Source: Tubulanus polymorphus (Eukaryota > Animalia > Nemertea). From it: a stretch of 64,000 bases of DNA. The stretch covers positions 7,130,001 through 7,194,000 of the forward strand of contig NC_134028.1 of assembly GCF_964204645.1 (NCBI RefSeq). The letters run 5' to 3'. Within the stretch, counting starts at the first letter, position 1. Every line of letters begins with the position of its first letter. Of the stretch, positions 1-12,688 are shown piece after piece. Below the pieces are notes generated by a model that was not told the origin of the DNA, ran no database searches, and saw only the letters and a list, made by a program, of their open reading frames with translations. The position numbers and the translations under genes were made by a program.

Positions 1-83
1 AGTCTCACTAAATCAAACAGTTGCAATGTGACTCGTCACTATGACTGACTGACCCAACCTCTTGGGGTATGAATGTTGATTAC

Positions 84-3000
84 CTTCATAAGATAGTTAA
101 TAATAGCACTTTCATCCAAGTCTGAGGCTGAAACAGTGAATATCGTCGAACCCACAGGAGTACTCTGAAAAATACAAATAAAATCATGAATCATGCTTAG
201 TTAAAACTAAATTGAAACTAGAATGTGGAAATGCCGCATACATCTCCCGGGGTAAAGAGACAAAGATGGGGGAAGAAATTAAGGACAGGTAACATTATTG
301 CGTACTTCACAGAAAGCAGCAAACTTTACTTAAATGTTCATTAACTTTTTAAGAATAGTCGGTTCAAGTCTGGAATAGATGAACTCGTCGAAACCCTCTG
401 ATCAAGTTTAGTGGAAATCCATCTAGAATTGTATCGTGCTAATAAGAAATTCAAGAATGATGGCTGATAACTTCCATTTTCCATAGGGGAGGACATCTAA
501 CCTGCCCCCTCCTCACACCAAGTTTCATAGAAATCCATCAAGATGTAGGTATCGTGCTTATTAGAAATTCAAGATGGCCACTCTGGTGGCCATATCAAAT
601 AGCTGATAACCTCTATTTTCGATACGGGTGGAGTGCTCACTTGGCCTCTAATCCTCAAACCAAGTTTCAGGGAAATCCATCAAAAATTTTTATCACCATT
701 ATTCAACACATTGGAATGAATTTACATATATTTTGAAACAATTCTTCCTTTAGATCACAAATCAAATCTTTCTTCTTCATCAAACGCTTACCTCGGATAT
801 TTCTGCTTCGTAAGGAAGATTGACGAACAACGGATTGTTGTCATTGACGTTTTGAACGAATAAACGAAATTGCAAAATCGGCTACAAAATAAAACGTAAA
901 ATTATCATTCAAGCAGAGTACACATAGAATAACACTTGTTTTGTGTTGCAGATGGGCTCAACAGTTGTTAATCATGTTCCTGCTACCACAAAATATTTTG
1001 TTGTTCCTTAAAGGTTATGTATTCATGAATGAGAACTGACTAAACAGCCTTAACCCTTTCGATGCCGACTTATTAACACCCCAAAGTGCTGGAGATAATT
1101 TCAAATTTTAAAAGATTCCACCACAATGTTTTGAATAACAGGCATACTGCTTTAGTGTATCTACACCACAGCCCGGTGTTTTGTTAGTCACTGATATCTA
1201 ACTGTTTTTGACAGGCACTGCCATCCTTCATTAGACAAAAACTAATCACATCAATACGCTGCAATGCGGCGTACTAGCCAAGTACATGAGCGATTTACAC
1301 ACCGCACCGCGGAGAAGATGCAATGAAAGGGTTTATGATTACAAACACAACAGGTTCTATTTCGCCAGAAAAAAGAATCCAATCAATTGAATCGAAACCT
1401 TATCAAAAATATATAATCAATTATCAATGGAGAATTTGAAAAGAAATCTTTCTCCAACTGAGCCAGGCGTCAGGTATGACAGAACGGTTTCCTAGCAACT
1501 GAAATAAGTGTCAATATCGCTCGTCGCTATCGTAATGAATTCGGGTTGATTTTCACATGATTAGAGAAATGTAATACTAATACAATGCTGGATGGAATTT
1601 ACTTCATCGAAGTCAGTAGTCGGTTAATTGGGGTAACGTAAGACTTCATCAAATAGTATTATTCATCGAAAATGATATCAACTGCGAATGATTTTCAGGT
1701 ACGAAGGTTTTTGTATGTAATACACAAGATCATTTAAAAGGAACCCAGTAAAAATGCCGCAAGTAAATTCATTCTATTCTAAAGTTTGAATCCACTTCTG
1801 TATATTAAACAGCTGAGTTTTGCCTAGTCCTATTTAGTTGGATTTTGGATGTCTTCAAATAAATTTCTTAATTCTTAATTTCTAATTTTCGATGCCAATT
1901 TCCAGTCTAACCATGGACTCTTAAGCTAAGGGATGGAGAGACCATGCATAAACTATAGCTACGATCACATTTCTAATTTTCGATGCCAATTTCCAATGGG
2001 TAATTTTAACTATGGACTCCTAAACTAAGGGATGGAGAGACCATGCATAAACTATAGCTACAATCATATAGATGATTTTGCCCGGGCCAAAACGGTAAGG
2101 ATCAGGCCTGAGTTAAATTTGGCGCGTGCTTAATTATTAGTTCACACATAAACCACTCACTCGATACTTAACAATGATTAAACAAAGCGAAGTGAGTCAT
2201 TTCCAGAACCAGTTCCAATTCAAAGGCAATCCGGGCCTGTTCCAACGTTTTTGGTCGGGCCAAACCGGCACGGGTCCATTTGGCACCCGTATGAACAGTT
2301 GTTCCAACCAAAAACTGCAGCCTGGATCCACTATCACCATTCAGAAATTGAACACTAATCATCCAGTTTTTGATCATCCACCGCGGCGTAATTTTCAAAT
2401 GAAAATAAAACATTAGACCACATGATCAACCAAAGGTATAAAAGTATCTGAAGGGTGATTGTAGGCTGCATATTTGTACCCCTGTTATCGAGATGCATTA
2501 ATGTATTGTTCTCATGGCTAATCTGAGCCTGTACTTATGGTCTCATCATCAGAACTAACATCAAAAAGATAAAAGCCTAAAAACGACGTAAGCTAAAATA
2601 ATAATCTAAGGTATACCTAGGGTGACGAGACAGATAGATGAAAAATACACATGAGACAACATTCATTACATAATCTAAATTAAACAGATTGATAATTATG
2701 TTGATAAATTGAAAAACGAAAATATTGGCTAAAAGTGTTTTATGATTATTATATTTTACTAATCACTCGCTATAACGTATATTTCACTAAAACAAAAATG
2801 TCCCAAAAGATTCTCAATTAGTATTTAAAGGACTTTTAAAATGAACTTTTTATCTTTTGTTCACAAACAGACTCATAACGCAATGAGGGGTATTGGTGCT
2901 ACAAAACACTGGGTCATTCGTAGTGAAAATCAGTTTATTTTCAATGAAATTCAAACTTGATTTATAGGCGTACAAATCTGACAATTATCAAACAAGTCTT

Positions 3001-6000
3001 TCAATGGACATAAGATTAGCCTTCTCACTCAGTGCATGGTAGGCGATTGATTTCACCCATTTACTTTATGAGAAAAGTTGACTCGAATTTGAATGGAATG
3101 TAGAAGGAAATTGAAGCGCAGTAACCCATTGCCATTAGCAATCCTGGCGGAATCCCGTTTGTGAAACTAAATAGCCTGAATATACAAATCTTTTGACTGG
3201 AGTCAATTCAGTTAATTGGTCATCGGCTGATTAAAACTCTTGATCAAACATGATCAAAAATTGGGTCTATATCGATTTCAGGGTTAACCATAGTTTTAGA
3301 AGAAACAGTAGCAAGTTTAACTACGAAAAAAAACCAACTAAAGTCTCCATAGAATCTTTTTAGATATTCAGATAAATTGAAGACCCAGATATGTGGAGAT
3401 GACAGATCTATCTTTCGGGACATTTTCTAGCTCAAAAAGTTAACAAATCATAATTATGAATAGCGGTAATAATCGTTATATGTATATATACAGGTTTTAA
3501 TCTGAAAATGTAAAAATATTTGCCGATAAAATTCGAAACGAAACACTAAAGCATTAATTGATATAGAAAATGACTGCAATCATGGACTATTAACAGCCCA
3601 CAACGCAATCTACTTACTCCACTGAATTCAGAACACAACCAATGTTGCTTTACATAAATTAATATAATTAATTTCAATGTATTGATAACAAAACTATCTT
3701 TTTATCTATTTATATGCAAATCATTTCATTCTCGGTTCTATCTTATTAAACATAGGCCTTCACATTCTAATAAATTTCGTTATTAACTTAATTATTAACT
3801 CAATTTAAATATCATCTAGATAATCAAATGTGTTTCTATACTAAGTCCCTACAGGTCAGTCATTCGAGTTTTCAACGAGTTTTAAAGGAAAAAATTTCAA
3901 TTTAAAGGAAATGTCTGCATCAATTTCATATCTCAATTGCTGTAGACTCCTCCTAAATCGGTACTGTTTTTCTCGGTAAATCATTAATTCAGTGGTTTTG
4001 TAAGCAAATCTCAACTCAGTTTCTAATTTGCCAACCACATAATTGGGTAAAAAAAATCCGGGTCCCAACTGTACCGATTTAGGCGTAGTTTTCTGTACAA
4101 CTATGTACAAACATTTCTTATCGCCTATTTCTCAAAATAGAGTTTTGAAAGAGTTTTTGCTCAAATTAAAGGAGTTTCAAGCACCTTTAAAATCATTTCT
4201 ATTACGAGTGAGTTTTTAAGGAGGAATCAAGTTGTAGGGACCCTGCTATAATCCATGTTCATGTTTAAAATGGAAATAGAAACTCGTATGAAAATATCTG
4301 GCGATAGAGGGCCCTTCAATTATGCAAAACATCCATGAAGGTGCAAAACAATTTTCTCATATATCAACGCTGATTAGTCAAGATGATTATTAGACAGTTC
4401 AGACGGAGATAAAACAGACAGACGAAAACAGACAGGACAGACGTGTGCACATTAACATGCCCGAAACAATTTTTTGACATCGACTAGATTTAACTTTTCT
4501 CGTAAATGATTTCAGGGCCAACTGTGGCAATCTATACCGGTAAGATCATAAGCAAGATACAACCTCCTCTCGAAAATGGGGGAAACAACCGCCTAAGTGC
4601 TACGTACCTCATTATTTTTGAGATCTTGCGCTTTGATCCGAATTGTATATTGTTTAATTTGCTGTAATGAAAATAAACGTAGAATAGGTAATGACGAACC
4701 ACGCTAAAAGGGAAATAATCTATTAACAATTACTGACGCAAGCAACAGGGACAGTTCAGCTCCAGAGTTAAGACATAAGACAAGAACTAAGACTCAAAGA
4801 ACTAAGAGTAAAATTCAGCTCACTTGTGTATGAATAAAGACAATATTCAGGTATCATTATCCAAAACAACCTCCAAAATAAAGCATTTATATAATTTTTT
4901 TTTCAAATTCCCCTCCTGATCGGTGATGGATTCAATGTTTTAAGACTTTTTAAATATTTTCCGCCCTTCCCCAATTATTTCAAGTTTACCAAATCCGTAA
5001 TCCAACTCATGATAAAAAATCGGCCTAAAGAAGTCATTCTCTGAAACGAGACCCCTTCACCCTGACCAATATAAAACTGATGAATGTTTCGATACGAACC
5101 TCATAATCCAATGGTTCGCGTAATTTCAAATGGTAATGGTAGTTATCCTGGTATCTTTCTAAACGCACAAGTTTGTTGTTCAAATCGCCGAGTATCGTCA
5201 CGGTGACCGGATCATTCTCTTTATCCGTTATGCTTATATTTGTTATCGTGTGACCTGAGGAAAAAAAGGAAGAACATCAGCCTGTGGGAGAGGTTGTTAT
5301 GGAAAACAGTGTTTCTTGTTTCAAGCAATGTACCAACATCTAAGAAACAAGAAACAAGCCAGAAAAACCTTTCGCTTCTTGTTTATTTCACAGTGGGTTA
5401 GGCTAGCCGTCAAATCACCTGTATCCACCCTGCTTATTACCCCTGAAGCAGCCCGAATCCGCCCTGACTCTGAGATCAATCCGTTGCAGTCTAAGTGCAC
5501 TCATGTCGATAAAAGATTTCCGATTAAAAAGTCGCAGACTTCATCGCTTACGATCTGATGGTCTCATCAGATCTTAGTTGACCGGAGTTAGGCCTTACTC
5601 ACCTATAGGAAGGTCTTCTAGGACTACCAGCGGTACCTTTTGACTTGATTTAATATGCGGTGGGTCATTGCTGACAACTGAAAAAACGATGTTTGAGAAA
5701 TAAGAAATTGATACACATTAGAATACACAAACTGGTACTTAATTTGATTCCCTCCCGACCTTGTAAATGTATTTCATTTTATAGTAATCAAATTTCTGAT
5801 ATCACCATTTATTTCAAGTTAAGCCGAATGCACTTGATGCAGGGAAATGCAGATAGAAATATATTTCCAAGTTTCCAACAACGTTTCCGAGATAAAACAT
5901 ATTTGATTGTGTGTTTCCCTGCATCGTATGCATTCAGCCTCAGTAATAGGTTTGAAAGAAACAAGTTAACAATTTTCTTTTCTTTTTTTGAACTGTTCTT

Positions 6001-9000
6001 GAGACTTGATACTATCTATCAAGAAAATTGCATCTGCAGAGAATTTGGAAGAGCTGCCCAGTTAATAATTAGATGAAACCAAGAAGTTATGCACTCAGGG
6101 AAAAGAGTTATAAAATGTCCATGATGCATGAAATGCATGACCCAATTGTTTAAATAGATAGACAATAATCTTTTATATCAACTTTTTCAGTGCGTCTACA
6201 CCACAGTGCGGAGTATAAATCAGCGATGGACTTTGCTTGTGCACTGCATCACAGAGTATTGATTAGTAATCGATTTTTAACTCTCAACTGTCACTGTCGA
6301 ACAGTGAAATAAGTCACTAATGATACACCGCACTGCAGTTGCGGTGTAGACGCACTATAGTGGTATGCTCGTTAGTAAACTGGGTTGAACTCTTACGATT
6401 TTAAAAAATTTTGAAATTACTCCACTTTCGGGAATTAATTCAGTTCAGTTCAGCACTGAAAGGATTATATGTTAAAACTATCATAATAATTGCTTCATTA
6501 TCTGACTAGCAAAGGATTTTAGAAAATACTTTTGTTTATCGAGTTAATAGTTAATTACCCAGTCACCTTTCAGCAACGACTACATCATCATGTGCAATGA
6601 AATTCATAGATTTCACTCAGCGTGATACTCAGTATGCTATTCACGGTGCATTCATTTCGCAGTGCTTTTTTTCCAACAGTACGCGATCAAAAGATACTTA
6701 AACCGATCAAAAGATACTTAAACCGTAATGAAAAAAAAAACATCTGTCGTTCTAGAGAGCTTGAATTATCATGAACGCAGTACAATACAATGAAATCAAA
6801 CTCGTCATACAATATCGACACTGTAAAAAATATTATTCATGTTTTTTTTTTATATCGTGGAATGCAGTGTCATATAATGTATCATCGTTAGCTAGCGTCA
6901 TCAGTTTTATAGATACGTACGGTTGTTTTTCAATAGGAAAGTTAAAATAAGCGGAACGCTTTCACTGGGTTAGGTTCATTTTCATTATTCATGAAATAAT
7001 GCAACGTGAAAGAATGAAAAATTTCATGATTAACCTATTTCGCGAAAACCGGGCCCAAAATGTGTTAAGTTTGAGCTCGATAACCAAACTAACAAACTAA
7101 CTAACATATCAGTGTTCGTCGACTCACTGATTAAAAAAAAAAAGACGCTGTGGGACAATGCCCAACTACGGGTCCTCCACATTACTCTAAAGAAGAAGAA
7201 GAAGAAGAACAGTGTTGATGATATAAAAGTTAATTAGTTTCAAAGTTTTGACCAAACTCTATCATCAGGGAAACAAAAATAATACGTCAGAAAGCTAAAG
7301 GGTAAAACTGACTTGGGACAGTATTCCCATACTATTCTTTGCCTCTTGGATGTTGCAGATTAAGGTATTCACACTATCTGCGACAACCTGGTGCAACTCA
7401 TATTTGTTAAGCTAAGGGAGAGTCAATCTTGGGAAGATTGCCTAACGATTGGAGCAATACATAGCCGCGGTCACACGGACACGATTTGGCCCAGAGTTAA
7501 ATTGGCCCGCATCAGACCCAAGTCAAATTAGGCTTGTGCCTAATTAAAGAGCGCGTTCACAGGTACACCACTTACTCGATACAAAACAATATTGTGACAA
7601 AGGCGGCGGGTCACTTCTGGAACTAGTAAGCAATTATCTGACCTATGCTCAAATCAGTGAATGGATAGGCTGGGCCTTATCTGGTACGGACCGAATGCCG
7701 TGGTGAAAAGGCTCATGCGATTGCGGCTTACATATTCAGTCTATGAAACCAATCCATAACGGAAATGCAAACTCTAGTATGGCTACTGAACGTGTTGTTA
7801 AGGACACAGCTCACTGATCCGTTGCTAAGGAAGCAGCTTCTTAACACAGGAAGTTGTATCATAAATTTCTTCATCAATCCGTCATTGGACTTATGAGCAT
7901 GACCACTGAGAACATGCATCAGTCTGTGTAACATTTAAATTGAAAAAATATTCCCCAATAAAAACACTTATCAGAAGGTCTTCCCCATTTAACAGGTTTA
8001 ATTTGTTAGATTGGTTATTATGGCCAACAAAATGGGCTTAACCAACTAGCGCAGGTGGTTTCTAAAAAATATTTTGGTAAATCAATTTTTAAGTGAAGGT
8101 AATTTCGAAAGTTTTCTGAATAACATGGGCTTAAAGTCATGTCAAATCAGCCTTCAGATTTCTTTTTTGTAATCATTTTACCAAATGATTTTGTAAGAGG
8201 GAGGTGTTAGCAAAAGTTCATCCACAACTTCTTTATGTGCATCGTATCCCACAATGATTTTTACTATTCCTGTCTTAAAGTCAGAATTTGTCTGACACTT
8301 CAACAGAAGTATCACTAACTGACAAGCAGATAAGCAGAGCTATTTATCTCCCTCGTTCTTATCAGGTTATTAAATCCATCATTGGTCTCTATACGTCAAC
8401 GAATCACTGGGAAAAAATACATTTTGCCCGGAAATTCCAAAAAAACACGTCACAGTTACTTTATTTCCCTTGCAAATGGTGCAACCTCAAATATCCAAAC
8501 ATTCACACAATTTCAAAAAAATCTCAATCATTCAGAGTTAAACGAAATCAAAACACTGTTAAAGGCAGTATTTTCAAGCAGTTAGTTTTAGATTAAAAAC
8601 GTCTACATTATATTTTGCATCTACCGTAGTTTACACGAGGCAGATTTCAATCACAAGCCAGGCTGTTGTTATTCAGGGTTAATTTTGAGCTCAATTAAAA
8701 TTTCGCTTAAAAAGTTCTCTCTCCATTTAGAGAGAGCTTCATTTTTCTCTTGCTGCGGTAAGTAAACACATACCTGGGTTATCAGAACTCGCTGAACAAA
8801 CAAAATAATAAACAAAGACATGAAATATTAATGAAACGCGAATTGGGAAAAAGAACAACATGCAAATAGGAAAAAATGAGAGAAAATAATGATTTTTCAC
8901 ATCGGTTAATGGAAATTAAGTAGAACATGCCACGAGGTATTGATAAAATAATATTCACGTCATTCATCAAAGCAGGGAGTCACCCCGATCTAAGGAATCA

Positions 9001-12000
9001 TAACCAAACCTAGGCAATTTTAAAAACAACATGGTGAGCTATAATGCCCAGTGGTCAACTAGCAAGATTGGATTGCTTTTGAGAGTCAGTGTGGTGAGCA
9101 GCCCTAGTAATCTAAGATAGATGAATTGTTTCTATAGAAGATTCCTGGAGTAGCCATGTTAACTGGGTTTAGAATAAATAACAAGACGAATAGTTCTATT
9201 AGGTTAACTATTTATTTGACGCACGAGCTTTCGCTACTTATGTATAGAAACTTCATCAGGTGAATGAGTCGTTTCTATAGAAATGAATGAATTGTTTCTA
9301 TAGAAAATATGAAAACTTCGTTTTTCACTGAAGATTTGGTTGGAATCGATTGTTTTCTACTTGAGTATCAATTTAATATGCAGCACAATAATTCATATGA
9401 AAAATATTATAGTATAATACATATTCAGTGTTTATCATGATGTAGCATGCGCAAACTCTATAATGTTGTTCCGATGAATTATTCATTAAACCGACCAAAG
9501 TAATGGACTGCAAGTCGTTTCATTGGCATGAATGCTTTGAAACATATCAAACAGTATTAATCAAACATCACAGTTATCAATTAAACATAATTAATTCCCA
9601 CTAGGGCATCTCAGGATCCTACAGAAATTTCAGTTGGGCATTTAGCTATGGGTCTTAATATTGGTTCCATGGTAGAGCGGAACCTCGTTACATCAGTGTT
9701 ATTGAAATGCGGAGCAAAACTAGACAAGGAGACAATTTTACATGGAGAAAAGAAGCTAAAATCAATTGCTACCTAGCTGATACCTAGCTAGATGTACCAA
9801 GGCATTGAATCTTAACCCTGGTGTCCAACATTGTCGCTAAGGTTAATGAATTAACTTCTGCTAAATTAATTATACTTAATTCGCTCCATGTTACCCAGCC
9901 TAAGATGGCTTTTAAAAATTCTGGGGCCAGTTACTCAAAAGTTGGTTATAGATAACCAGTGGATAGTTGGACATTTTTGAGTAAACTGGCCCCTGATTGT
10001 TACAAATGCCTAACTGTTTGTTATGAAGTATGAAATAAACAAATTCCTCGTTTTGGTCAAAATTCTAATGAGGTTCCACTAATTCTAAGATTTTTCAGTA
10101 TGAGTGCATTTGAGTGGGTTTACTTAAAAAGCCCGGTCTTCAAAAGGGATATCATTAGGTAAATCAGGATTCCATTGGCGAATTGATAAATGAGTCATGT
10201 TATTACGACATTCATATGGGCAGAAAAGAAATTCTACCTAAGGCAAAATGCACCGTATACAGTACATATGCACGACAAACGATAAGGAACCTGAAATGGT
10301 ATATACAGTTTGCTACGATCATTGCAGAATAGTATTAATTATAATGACATATATACCAGCAGGTGTACTCGAATACTGGACATATAGCATTATTATTATC
10401 AAACCTCAAAGCTTTGATCTCAACAATGAATTCCATATAGTACATATACAGCCGTGTAGCTCGTCCATACAGCTGGATTCATTAATTAATGCATTCAACT
10501 ATGTTTTTCGACGTATATTAATATGCCATTACTTGCATAAGATCTTACAAGTTTCTTTCACTTTTTTATCACCAGTTCCTTATATACCATCTTTATCTCT
10601 AATCATTGTTGCTTATGCTTGTTTGTTTACCGTATATACTTGATTTCACAATGTGTCAGTTGCAATGTTTTAGACAAAAGTTTGAATTTGATTTTGTACA
10701 TACTAATTTCCAGTTGGCCAAAATGGTTTCTAAACATGCCAAAAAGGCTGGTGACAAGCTGACCCTGATTCAAAAGGAATTTGATTGTATATATTGTGTA
10801 AAATGACCAAAGGTTTCAGATCTTGACTCTATGGTTGAATAACTTGAAATGAACTTGCTTTTAACTATAAGTGAAAACAAAAATTTAAGAATTTTTGGTG
10901 AAAAGTAATTCCCACTTGTGCAACGTGGTCCAACAAATTTTTTCCAAATGTTCAGATTAGTGCTAATAAATTCTACAATAACGATTGCACGCTTCTTATG
11001 TTTACGTTTACGGGCTGATCTGTTTTCATGTTTTATTCGCTGATTATGTTTATATTTGGACGGCGCAAATAGCCGGGAAAATTGACAGTGAGTTTATGTT
11101 TGGACGGAGCAAATGGAGCTGTAAAAATTGACAGCAAATTTTTCAATAAATGCGTCTCTGTATGAAAAGATACCGTAATTAATGGGTTTTTATTCGGATC
11201 AAAAATCCGCGTTCACAAGCAATTAACGTGGACCCAGTTCCATGATCGTGGGACAAGATTTGACTCAAGAGTCGACTCATATAACAAGTTTGACACATTT
11301 AACTCGCAAAACATCGGAACTGGTTTGAAATTGAGTCAAATTCTACCTGGACCGATGGAACTAAGTTCACTATCAAATCAAAACCATTAACCATAAAATA
11401 AAACCCCGAAATTTCAGCTCACATTTAATTCATACTGATGTTAAGCGCACTGATTACAATTTGTAGCAGCGCGCTATATAAGAAAATAATTATTACTATG
11501 ATAAATATTATTAGAATAATATCTACCGCTAACCTATTCTTCTTAATGGGTCCCGAGGCAAATGATTCTTTTAGAATTAGGTGGTAGTGTTTCAAATCCC
11601 ATATTCTGTTATATTTCTAAATGAGCAGTAGTGGTAAGCCTAAGATTTAAAGGCTTATATATGTGTAATACTATCCGGATATTTCAAGGTTTATGAAACT
11701 GAAAACTGATCAATGATTTTCCAATGATTACGAATGAAGTGGTTGGCATAGAATCAAGTATGTATCAGAAATCGAAATTCACGAAGGCAGACATTTTATA
11801 GATCTAAGCACAAGGTATTTGGGTGGAGTCCGCTACTGCAATATGACGTTTAACCCGCGTAGGCCTGCAAATAACATGCAGACATTTAATGCGATTTTAT
11901 ATTTAGAATTTCTAAAAATTCATCTCAAATTAGAATATCTCCTCGCTGTAAAAATTCAAGAAAACGATGAATTTTACCCTCCAAGATTCCGTCGAATGTA

Positions 12001-12688
12001 AACTTTGACAAAAAAATTCATACGACGGCGGAAAACTTTTCCTAGAACATTTCCTAGAATTTTCCTAGCAGCATGCCAGGGCTAGGGTAGATATCTTGGA
12101 GTTATAGATCTTGAGTTAAAGTTATTCCGGACTATAGACTATTTCGATAGAATGCGAACAAAATTATATCTATGAGGACCACAAACTCTGAACTTAAAAC
12201 TTTCAGGGTTCAGCAAAATCTATCATCATATCTGTAAAGAATCGAAAAATGATAGAATCTAGAGTGTAGAAGTGTTACGCAAATACGACGTCAAGCTGTA
12301 CAACCAATGGCCAAAGGGACTGGTACTAGTGGTCTACTGGTTAACACACTCGCTTTTTATGCACGAGACCCGGGTTCGATCCCGTCTCTGTCACTTCATA
12401 ATTCATAAATCATTGTAAATTCGAAAAAACCTACGATATAAATACGAAAAAGGAATTAGAAAAAATTGATTTTTCTTTTGTCAATGAGGCACTAGAAATA
12501 ATAAGGAGCTAATGATAAATGATAGGACTGAAATAGAATAATAAATTAATACCTGCTACGCGGAGATAAGAGAGTAGGAGAGTAAGTCCGCAGAAATTGA
12601 TAATTTCGTATATCTTACCTGGTCGAAATAGTAAAGAAATAAGTGCGAGGAATGTAACAGCGGAAATGGAATGTTGTAAGTGTGTCAT
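84..12688 (-). CDS. Cadherin-repeat protein (cadherin-related family), N-terminal part; continues beyond the window start
   Basis: Minus-strand exons with GT-AG sites and matching phases: 12619-12688 (GCCACG-ATG, signal peptide MTHLQHSISAVTFLALISLLFRP), 5603-5677 (VSNDPPHI..LEDLPIG), 5100-5254 (..DKENDP..EPLDYE), 4608-4661 (QYTIRIKAQD), 792-881 (VQNVNDNNPLF..PYEAEISE), 84-164 (STPVGSTIFTVSASDLD). LDYE, A-x-D and NDNxPxF are cadherin EC calcium-binding motifs. An acceptor at 12749 implies a further 5' UTR exon. Confidence 0.9.
217..760. repeat. Interspersed repeat with about three degenerate ~120-140 bp internal units
   Basis: Core CAAGTTT..GAAATCCATC..GTATCGTGCT.AT.AGAAATTCAAGA recurs at ~402, ~518 and (partial) ~660. 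Confidence 0.6.
1054..1331. mobile_element. piggyBac-like non-autonomous element (MITE family A)
   Basis: TTAA|CCCTTTC...GAAAGGG|TTTA ends; internal sequence shared with copies at ~6180, ~39620, ~47320, 50367 and 51124. Confidence 0.75.
1878..2069. repeat. Tandem duplication, two copies of a ~91-101 bp unit
   Basis: ATTTCTAATTTTCGATGCCAATTTCCA...GGGATGGAGAGACCATGCATAAACTATAGCTAC occurs twice back to back. Confidence 0.85.
3841..4245. mobile_element. Non-autonomous DNA transposon, CAGGGTCCCTACA TIR family, 5-bp TSD
   Basis: Degenerate left TIR CTAAGTCCCTACA, right end TGTAGGGACCCTG, perfect CTATA duplication on both sides; similar to 27098-27384. Confidence 0.75.
6180..6464. mobile_element. 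piggyBac-like MITE family A copy
   Basis: TTTCAGTGCGTCTACACC...CAGCACTGAAAGG; aligns by eye with the 51124 and 50367 copies. Confidence 0.7.
7117..7209 (+). mobile_element. 5'-truncated non-LTR retroposon fragment with (GAA)n tail
   Basis: Ends TCTAAA(GAA)n and is flanked by the 7-bp direct repeat CAGTGTT at 7110-7116 and 7210-7216. Confidence 0.6.
9222..9262 (-). ncRNA. Minimal type I hammerhead ribozyme motif (Penelope-like element remnant)
   Basis: Minus strand CAC-CUGAUGA-A-GUUUCU(AUACAUA)AGUAGC-GAAA-GCUC-GUG: complete core, imperfect stem II, palindromic AGCU stem III, 3-bp stem I, followed by AATAAA. Confidence 0.6.
9924..9992. mobile_element. Very short PIF/Harbinger-like MITE (hairpin)
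   Basis: CTG|GGGCCAGTTACTCAAAA...TTTTGAGTAAACTGGCCC|CTG: TIRs plus 3-bp CTG TSD. Confidence 0.7.
12322..12393 (+). pseudogene. tRNA-like pseudogene or tRNA-derived SINE head
   Basis: A-box-like TGGTCTACTGG and B-box/T-arm CGGGTTCGATCCCG at tRNA spacing; acceptor and anticodon stems are broken. Confidence 0.55.

Noticed and set aside
12322-12393. Functional tRNA gene
   Set aside because: Acceptor and anticodon stems do not pair and there is an internal T5 run; kept only as a tRNA-like relic.
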